Below are positions 56,601 to 64,000 of a stretch of DNA of 64,000 nt, one piece after another. The stretch comes from Macrostomum lignano (taxonomy: Eukaryota). The position numbers and the translations under genes are program-made. The stretch is from the NCBI GenBank assembly GCA_002269645.1, contig NIVC01000890.1, positions 124,001 through 188,000 on the forward strand, read 5' to 3'. How positions within the stretch are numbered: position 1 is the first letter of the stretch; each line of letters starts with the position of its first letter. The notes under the pieces were generated by a model. It searched no databases, was not told where the DNA came from, and saw nothing but the letters and a program-made list of their open reading frames with translations.

Positions 56601-59442
56601 GCCTGCGGTGCTAAAATGAGTGCCTGCGGTGCTAAAATGAGTGCCCGCGGCGCTAAAATGAGTGCCTGCGGCGCTAAAATGAGTGCCTGCGGCGCTAAAA
56701 TGAGTGCCTGCGGCGCTAAAATGAGTGCCTGCGGTGCTAAAATGAGTGCCTGCGGTGCTAAAATGAGTGCCTGCGGTGCTAAAATAAGTGCCTGCGGTGC
56801 TAAAAGGAATCCCTGAGGCGCCAAAATGAGTGCCTGCGGCGCCAAAAGGAATCCCTGAGGCGCCAAAATGAGTGCCTGCGGCGCCAAAAGGAATCCCTGA
56901 GGCGCCAAAATGAGTGCCTGCGGCGCCAAAATGAGCGCTGACAACACCGATTCTTGAAATACTAGACATGTAGGAGTTTAGTCATGTACATGTACGAGTA
57001 TATGCTGAGTTCTTGGCTTTGTCCCCCCACATAAAAATCCTATGAATAACCATTGAACTGCGGTCGCTTTCACAAGCTCGATATTTTGTCAGCTTACCGA
57101 AAATGATTTGCAAAACTTTTTCAACATTCGAAACTTATCTAAAAGTAGCCCTCGTACTTTGAATCTTATCAATCAGCATCATCATTGAATTGCTGCGCTC
57201 CCACAGCTACCGGTCCAACGGTCACTGCCGCGGTCAGACGCGCAACAACGTGCCCAACCCCATCCGCCTGCAGTGGGACCTCAACGACGCCTGTCGCTCC
57301 GTCATCGCCAGCCAGCTTCGGGTTGCCACCGACCTGCTGAACGACGTCGACCTTCACCTGGTCGTCCACCGGCAGTTCGGCAAAGGCGCCATGAAGCGCT
57401 GCTCGATGAGCCCCGACGCGTTCATCCAGCTGGCCCTGCAGCTGGCGTACTTCAGGGACAGCGGCGGCGAGTTCTGCCTGACCTACGAGGCCTCCATGAC
57501 CCGGCTGTTCAAGGAGGGCCGCACGGAGACCGTCCGGTCCTGCACCAACGAGTCGTGCGCGTTTGTTCGCGCTATGGAAAGCGGCGCTAGCGTGAGTTTC
57601 ACCTGCGGCGCTGTGCAACTGGTTCTCGATAGGCTACTGACAGTAGAAAGTACAGTAAAATGTAGCCTAGACTTAATTAGTTAGTAATCGAATTACACTA
57701 CTGACTGTAGAGAGGGAATTAAAATGCAGCCTAAAGTCAATTAGTAAGAAAATCTAATTACACTGCTGACAGAAGAAAGTAAAGTAAAATGTAGCCTAAA
57801 CTTAATTAGTTAGTAATCGAATTACATTACTGACAGTAAAAAGTAAAGTAAAATGTAACCTTGAATTCAAATTATTTAAATTAGTGAGAAAAAACGAATT
57901 ACACTACTTACAGAAGAAAGTAAAGCAAAATGTTGTCTAAATTTAATTAGGGAGACAATCTAATTACACTACTTACAGAAGTAAGTAAAGGAAAATGTTT
58001 TCTAAATTTAATTAGTGCAAAAATCTAATTACACTACTGACACATTATTCACTGGCTCTGAAATACGAAAAGGGGTATCGAATAAAAAGGCAGCAATATA
58101 AAAAGTGTGCATTTTTTCTCCTCGATCAAGACAAGGTACTTTTGATCGTGCAAGCTTAATAGAGCTCCGCCTAAAATTTATAAATGAATTGATAGGGTGA
58201 GCCATAACAGTCCGGCCCAGCAGAGGTCACGTGACCGCGTCTTATTTATCCAATAGGGGTTCGTATCGTTCAACCAATCCGGCTCAGCAGAGGTCACGTG
58301 ACCCCGCCTTATTTATCCAATAGGGGTTCGTATTGTCTAAACAGTCCGGCCCAGCAGGGGTTACGTGACCGCGTCTTATTTATCCAATAGGGGTTCGTAT
58401 CGTCCAACCAATCCGGCCCAGCAGAGGTCACGTGACCCCGCCTAACCCAATCGCTGTTTTTTTCCAGAATGAGGAAGTTGTCCGCCTGCTCCGGCAAGCC
58501 TCGGAGAAGCACCAAACAATGTACCGGGACGCCATGACTGGCAAAGGCGTGGACCGGCACCTGTTTACCCTGTACGTGGTGTCCAAGTACTGCAAGATCC
58601 AGTCGCCTTTCCTGGAGAAGGCGCTGCACTGCCAGTGGAAGCTGTCCACCTCGCAGACTCCGCACGGACAGACTAACGTGCTGGACTTGGAGAAGCATCC
58701 CGACTTTTTGAGCGCTGGCGGCGGCTTCGGGCCCGTGTCTCAGGACGGCTATGGTGTGTCCTACATCATTGCTGGAGAGAACACCGTCTTCTTTCACGTC
58801 AGCAGTCGCGTCAGCTGCGACAAGACGGTTCGTGTAGCTTTTGCTGCTTAAATATCGAATGGAATGGATTGCTAGTCTAGCCAATCATATATAGATAACT
58901 TGGAATAAATGGATTGCTAATCTAGCCTATAATATATAGATAAATTGGAATAGAATGGATTGCTAATCTAGCCAATCATATATAGTTGAATTGGAATAGA
59001 ATGGATTGCTAATCTAGCCAATCATATATAGTTGAATTGGAATAGAATGGATTGCTAATCTAGCCAATCATATATACATGAATTGGAATAGAATGGATTG
59101 CTAATCTAGCCAATCATATATAGTTGAATTGGAATAGAATGGATTGCTAATCTAGCCAATCATATATACATGAATTGGAATAGAATGGATTGCTAATCTA
59201 GCCAATCATATATAGTTGAATTGGAATAGAATGGATTGCTAATCTAGCCAATCATATATAGTTGAATTGGAATAGAATGGATTGCTAATCTAGCCAATCA
59301 TATATAGTTGAGTTAGAATAAAATGGATTGCTAATCTATCTCGCAGGACTCAAAGCGTTTCGGCGGAACCATCGTGAAGGCTCTGGCCGATCTGAGAACT
59401 CTCCTAGAAGAAGATGTCGCTGCCAAGAAGAAAGCAAAATAA
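47167..59442 (+). CDS. CPT1: Carnitine O-palmitoyltransferase 1, paralog B, 776 aa: join(47167-47673, 48146-48445, 48723-48870, 50607-51046, 55076-55101, 55196-55264, 57207-57591, 58468-58827, 59347-59442)
   Basis: Same CPT1 motifs as paralog A; all introns GT-AG and phase-compatible; 2331 nt, no internal stop. Confidence 0.95.
47690..48115. repeat. Degenerate about 60-bp repeat with GCCGATATGTATCGAAAT core, CPT1-B intron 1
   Basis: Core motif recurs about 7 times. Confidence 0.75.
48146..48445 (+). CDS. CPT1: CPT1-B exon 2
   Basis: CAG|GCLPTLPVP...NYVSDWWEE...PSNVQ|GTGAG. Confidence 0.92.
48505..48700. repeat. 24-bp minisatellite (AGGTTAGCGAATTCCCAGTTGAGT)n, CPT1-B intron 2
   Basis: About 8 units. 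Confidence 0.95.
48723..48870 (+). CDS. CPT1: CPT1-B exon 3
   Basis: CAG|VARAAN...TTRIPG|GTGAGT. Confidence 0.92.
48895..50525. repeat. 18-bp minisatellite (TTGATCTTACCGCCTCCT)n in two blocks (48895-49312, 50105-50525) split by a LINE fragment, CPT1-B intron 3
   Basis: Direct reading. Confidence 0.9.
49316..50090 (-). mobile_element. Decayed LOA-like LINE fragment (RNase H domain)
   Basis: Minus strand, across frameshifts: [58 protein letters not shown]; collinear with the RNase H of ORF2 at about 6410-6790. Confidence 0.85.
50607..51046 (+). CDS. CPT1: CPT1-B exon 4
   Basis: AAG|EERDYL...ANGR|GTAAG; protein identical to A exon 4. Confidence 0.93.
51075..52245. repeat. 36-bp minisatellite (TGACCTATCCTTGACCCACATCTGACCAGCTGTTAC)n, CPT1-B intron 4
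   Basis: About 32 units. Confidence 0.97.
52556..54790. repeat. 80-bp satellite (AATGCTCTCCCCATACACGATTTTGGCCATAGACAATCGCCAAAGCATGGGCTGAATATGGTTGGCCGTGTCTTAAATTC)n, CPT1-B intron 4
   Basis: About 28 units, period 79-80. Confidence 0.97.
55076..55101 (+). CDS. CPT1: CPT1-B exon 5 (26-nt micro-exon, catalytic His)
   Basis: CAG|VGVNCEHSW|GTAAG. Confidence 0.92.
55196..55264 (+). CDS. CPT1: CPT1-B exon 6
   Basis: CAG|[11 protein letters not shown]...VEDC|GTAAG. Confidence 0.9.
55440..55787 (+). mobile_element. tRNA-derived SINE, second and more diverged copy
   Basis: Aligns along its length with 43310-43660 (B box AGCTCGATTCC, GGGCCGCTGTACACTCCTGTGTGAGTGTG, GCGGAATGGGC, 3' hairpin, AATAAATATAAAA tail); 5' A box degraded. 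Confidence 0.88.
55975..56935. repeat. 21-bp minisatellite (GCGGTGCTAAAATGAGTGCCT)n, CPT1-B intron 6
   Basis: About 45 units. Confidence 0.97.
57207..57591 (+). CDS. CPT1: CPT1-B exon 7
   Basis: CAG|YRSNGHC...SGAS|GTGAGT. Confidence 0.94.
58207..58445. repeat. 67-bp tandem repeat (about 3.6 units) carrying the GGTCACGTGACC palindrome and CCAAT, CPT1-B intron 7
   Basis: Palindrome at 58225, 58292, 58359 (variant) and 58426. Confidence 0.92.
58468..58827 (+). CDS. CPT1: CPT1-B exon 8
   Basis: CAG|NEEVV...SCDKT|GTTCGT. Confidence 0.92.
58857..59338. repeat. 42-bp satellite family, inverted copy, CPT1-B intron 8
   Basis: Reverse complement of the 41808-44745 monomer; a short inverted remnant also lies at 55788-55880. 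Confidence 0.92.
59347..59442 (+). CDS. CPT1: CPT1-B exon 9
   Basis: CAG|[31 protein letters not shown]. Confidence 0.88.
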   Translation, partial: DSKRFGGTIVKALADLRTLLEEDVAAKKKAK

Positions 59443-60164
59443 CTCTCCTGACCTGAGGGTGCAAAGCCGATCCGGCCTGTGTTGTTTTAATGGCGATTTT
59501 TTAGTGTTAAAGTTTCGAGTGCTACAAGCAGAATATCTGTAAAGTATAAATCCTGTTTAAGTCTGTAGCTTATAATATTTCAGACTTGTTTTAATCCATT
59601 ATAAGCTGCAGACTTATTTTCAGGCATTGAATTCCTGTAGCTTTTAAATCCTAGAAATCTGTTATTTACGTAATTTTATTGCTAATTACCTGTCCTAATT
59701 AATTAATATATCGATAAATATTTGTGTGTGGGTGTTCATGGGCATTAGTTGGTTAACTTATTGTATGATTAGCCTGTGATGAGGGCGGCATCTTGGCCTG
59801 ATATTTAGTTCCTGTTTTTATTCATTAAGTCTTCTTTTTCCATCTTTTTGCTTTTTTACTCTATTGCAATTTTATTGCTTATATAAAATAGTATGCACAT
59901 TGTCGCTGATTTGCTTTAATAGCTAAATCTCCTAGTTAGTTGCTAGGCAAGAACTGAAGATCAAACAGGGAACATTCGCGTATATGTTAAAGTGCATTAT
60001 GCACTTTTTTCAACTGCAAACGAGTTTTAATGAGAATCGTTAGCGTGCTTTATTGGTTTTTTTCTTTTGCTTCTGGAGGCATGAATGCCTAGCCTTGATT
60101 TTTTTGTACATGCTTCTTTGACTTCACATCTACCGAAGCATCTGTGCCTACAATCAACCATCTC

Positions 60165-60880
60165 TAATCCCCATTCTCCCTTCCTCCCAGAATCCCCGTA
60201 TCTAATCTCCCCATTCTCCCTTCCTCCCAGAATCCCCATATCTAATCTCCCCATTCTCCCTTCCTCCCAGAATCCCCATATCTAATCTCCCCATTCTCCC
60301 TTCTTCCCAGAATCCCCGTATCTAATCTCCCCATTCTCCCTTCCTCCCAGAATCCCCATATCTAATCTCCCCATTCTCCCTTCTTCCCAAAATTCCCATC
60401 TCTAATCTCCCCATTCTCCCTTCTTCCCAAAATCCCCATCTCTTATCCCCATTTCTCCCTTCTTCTTAGAATCCTTATCTTTTATCCCCATTCTCCCTTC
60501 CTCCCAGAATCCCCATATCTGATCTCCCCATTCTTCCTTCCCAAAATCCCCATCTTTTATCCCCATTCTCCCTTCCTCCCAGAATCCCCATCTCTTATCC
60601 CCATTCTCCCTTCTTCCCAGAATCCCCATCTCTAATCCCCATTCTCCCTTCCTCCCAGAATCCCCATCTCTAATCCCCATTCTCCCTTCCTCCCAGAATC
60701 CCCATCTCTAATCCCCATTCTCCCTTCCTCCCAGAATCCCCATCTCTAATCCCCATTCTCCCTTCTTCCCAGAATCCCCATCTCTAATCCCCATTCTCCC
60801 TTCTTCCCAGAATCCCCATCTCTTATCTCCATTCTCCCTCTTACCAGAATCCCCATCTCTAATCTTCTCCACAATCCCAT
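60165..60880. repeat. 38-40-bp C-rich minisatellite (TCTAAT(CT)CCCCATTCTCCCTTCCTCCCAGAATCCCCAT)n
   Basis: Direct reading. Confidence 0.95.
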
Positions 60881-61674
60881 AATTAATCTCCCCATTTTTG
60901 TCTCACCCCAGAAACCATATCCTTACATGTAATCTCCCTATTGTTTATTTACCCTGATCCACATCTCATTGGTTATTACAATTTGCTATCCGATTACAGG
61001 TGATATTTATTGGCACATTCATTATCTACTGTTTAATTACTTTAGTTGAACCTGTTTCAATTATTTTTTGTCTTTAGAAATTGATTTTGCCTCAGAGTTC
61101 CGGTAGCTGAAACTTTAGTGACACCAAAATGTACTTTATAAAACGTAGGGTAATTATTACTAGTTTATACACGTTAAAGAAAAGAAAACAGTTCGAGAAT
61201 CGTATTGTAATGTGTTATCCACTATAGCTGTCGATATTTCCTAATAATAATTAATTAATTTGTTTGAGTTGCCTTCGGTTTAATAAAAACGGCGGTGCTT
61301 GAAGTCAAAAAGGTTTTTTCTTTGTCTCAGTTTCGTTGCTAGGCTTCCTTGTCTCTTGCAAGGGGATTAGTAGGCTGGGATTTCGCTTTTTATGCGGAAA
61401 TTAAACTTTGAGACGGTTGGTCTAATTAGACTAATTAATTTATAAATTACCTAATAAGCTGCTATTTGATCCTAAAATCCGATTTCTAATTTCAATTTTC
61501 CATTCTTTCATCCCCTTAATCACCAAATTCAGACTGTCGCGTATAAAGTGGACGAGAGGACAGAATCAACATTGTTGTTGCCAGGAACACCTCTCTGTTT
61601 TTTACTGTCACAAAAAATACGACCTGCATGGCCGGAATTTCGCTTTCTAAAAGAGGACAGTAAAACCTGAAAAG

Positions 61675-62600
61675 ACACATAGAGACAGACAGACAATAAG
61701 ACACATAGAGACAGACAGACACAAAGCACATAGAGACGGACAGACACAAAGCACATAGAGACGGACAGACACTAAGACACATAGAGACAGACAGACACAA
61801 AGCACATAGAGACAGACAGACACTAAGACACATAGAGACAGACAGACACAAAGCACATAGAGACAGACAGACACTAAGACACATAGAGACAGACAGACAC
61901 TAAGACGCATAGAGACAGACAGACACTAAGACAGACAGACACTAAGACACATAGAGACAGACAGACAGACACTAAGACATAGAGACAGACAGACAATAAG
62001 ACACATAGAGACAGACAGACACTAAGACACATAGAGACAGACAGACAATAAGACACAGATACAGACAGACACTAAGACACATAGAGACAGACAGACACTA
62101 AGACACATAGAGACAGACAGACACAAAGCACATAGAGACGGACAGACACTAAGACACATAGAGACAGACAGACACAAAGCACATAGAGACAGACAGACAC
62201 TAAGACACATAGAGACAGACAGACAGACACAAACACATAGAGACAGACAGACACTAAGACACATAGAGACAGACAGACACTAAGACGCATAGAGACAGAC
62301 AGACACTAAGACAGACAGACACTAAGACACATAGAGACAGACAGACAGACACTAAGACATAGAGACAGACAGACAATAAGACACATAGAGACAGACAGAC
62401 ACTAAGACACATAGAGACAGACAGACAGACACTAAGACATAGAGACAGACAGACAATAAGACACATAGAGACAGACAGACACTAAGACACATAGAGACAG
62501 ACAGACAATAAGACACAGATACAGACAGACAATAAGACACATAGAGACAGACAGACACTAAGACACATAGAGACGGACAGACACTAAGCCAGACAGACAG
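61675..62600. repeat. GACA-derived compound repeat (AGACAGACACTAAGACACATAG)n
   Basis: Direct reading; shares the GACACTAAGACA variant with 11888-12309. Confidence 0.95.
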
Positions 62601-62949
62601 TCATACTTTCTAATTAAAAGAAACTGTTAGCTTTACTCAAATATAAGGCGTCTTTCAATTACATGTAGACAGCTGCACTTGCCTTCCCAGATATTCTATG
62701 ACCCAAGTTCCTATCCAGATAATTCCGCTCCCAATATAGTAAAGATAAACAAGCCGAATCTTTAATTCATGAGACCCATGCTGCCCCCTAAGCAATGCCG
62801 TGAGTGTCGCAACTCGCACTCTCTTATTGGTCCTTAGCTCGTGGACCAATAGCAGGCGCCTGCAGCTGCCATACATACAGAATGCGTCTTGGCAGCAGAT
62901 TCACGCAGGCCTGTAGCATCATTCCTGAATCACACAGAAGCGGTCAGTC

Positions 62950-63534
62950 ATGCGGAACTTCTCCCACGATTCAATCGTTACAAGCCTGGCTGTTGAGGCC
63001 TACAGCATCGCTATGGCATTGCTCTATAGTGTAGACACAGCCCTACTGTGCACCGGCTCTCTAGCCAATCTAATCAATTTCTGCGTGTTCTGCGCCGAAC
63101 CGGTGCGACGGCACTACCTGTCTGCGTTGCTCCGATGGCTGTCTCTGAATGATTTCACCCTGCTGGTGGTGTTCTGCCTTGTGGACTGGTTGAACCTGCA
63201 GCACCTGTCTGCGGCAGCCTGCTACGGTCTGTACTATGTGTACAGTTTGGCTACGTTTCTAAGCGCTTGGCTGCTGGTGGCCATCACCTTCGATCGATTT
63301 ATGATCCTGTGGAATCACGGCGGTGTCGAAGTTGGCCAGGAGGTGGACGCTGCGTTGAGCAACAATAGCGGTGGTGAAGCGGGCGGGAGCTCCAGCGGCA
63401 TGAAGGTCGCAGAATTCAGCGTCAGTCCCGACGGGGCCAGTGGTGGCGGCTACGGCACCGGGTGGTCGCGAGCTGTGAAGGCTAAAATTGTCACCTATGC
63501 GGTGGCGGCTGTTGGATTGACTTGGAATCTTCAG
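62950..63534 (+). CDS. Class A (rhodopsin-like) GPCR, probably a peptide/orphan receptor, first coding exon (TM1-TM4)
   Basis: TM1 GSLAN, TM2 LSLND, TM3 Cys plus SAWLLVAITFDRF, N-glycosylation site NFS, donor CAG|GTGAGC after 63534 (phase 0). Downstream exons were not resolved. Confidence 0.85.
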
Positions 63535-64000
63535 GTGAGCTCAACTACTGAAAGTAGCTATTGCCAAGTTCAGTATTACAGTAATACTTGGTCACTTAAA
63601 TCAACAAAAATTAGAGTAATAAACTATCATACGATGACCTCATATACTCATCATTTGATGGCGTCATAAATTAATTTCAAGCTGAGTTTGCACTGTTTGA
63701 GGACATCATAGAATCAAAGCGTCGATTCTAGCGTCGATAGAATAATGTAATAACCTTGAAAGGCAAAGGCTGGCTTGTACCGCAAAATAGTTTGCTCTGT
63801 TGAACTGAAAATTGCAGAGAGATACCGGAAAGGGATGCCTCTTTTCCCAAGCAGAGTGGGAGGCTCATATTCAGTATATTGGGTGGGTACGCCCCGAGCT
63901 TCGTAGAGGGAAGGCAATGGGACGCACATAGACAGTGCAGGGATACAGACAATGAGGTGAGTCACACACAGACAGACAGACAGACAGAGAGAGACGGAGA

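Noticed and set aside
55916-56964. hAT element enclosing the 21-bp array (CAGTGTTTC...GAAATACTA)
   Set aside because: The TIR has 2 mismatches in 9 and the flanking 8-mers (GTACATAC vs GACATGTA) do not match.
51059-56969. Repetitive ORFs [26 protein letters not shown] and the 80-bp-repeat ORFs
   Set aside because: Intronic tandem repeats of CPT1-B.
61516-61670. Possible minus-strand terminal exon after a TTTTCAG acceptor
   Set aside because: No recognisable homology and no partner exon in the window.
63818-63956. Second GPCR exon (CAG at 63815-17, GAG|GTGAGT at 63956)
   Set aside because: The frame open to that donor is out of phase with exon 1, and the in-phase frame stops early; unresolved without transcripts.

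Overview
Intron-rich invertebrate (metazoan) genomic DNA, not prokaryotic: GC-rich exons, AT-rich spacers, and a different minisatellite in almost every larger intron. This architecture is compatible with a Macrostomum-like flatworm, but that is inference only. Host genes: the first coding exon of an MFS (MFSD8/CLN7-like) transporter (minus strand, continues off the left edge); a complete 4-exon p38 MAPK (minus, 359 aa, TGY, with DFG replaced by DLG); two complete tandem 9-exon CPT1 carnitine palmitoyltransferase paralogs (plus, 767 and 776 aa); and the first exon of a class A GPCR. Mobile DNA: a full-length LOA/R1-group non-LTR retrotransposon (1518-7419, ORF1 plus APE-RT-RNaseH-CCHC ORF2, 13-bp TSD) inserted in a 32-bp minisatellite, two decayed relatives, two copies of a tRNA-derived SINE, an LTR remnant with a tRNA-Leu PBS, Tc1 remnants, and five MITEs with exact 8-bp TSDs. 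Highlights: (1) a complete HDV-like self-cleaving ribozyme fold whose predicted cleavage site is exactly the 5' junction of the LINE, with a non-canonical A-U pair in P1.1; (2) the CPT1 pair is a mosaic, with about 98-99% identical catalytic-domain tracts but strongly diverged N-terminal exons and different 5' intron positions (patchwork gene conversion); (3) a SINE sharing a 3' motif with the LINE 3' UTR; (4) the DLG p38; (5) a CCCTAT-terminated MITE family with 8-bp TSDs. All calls were read by eye; no searches were run.
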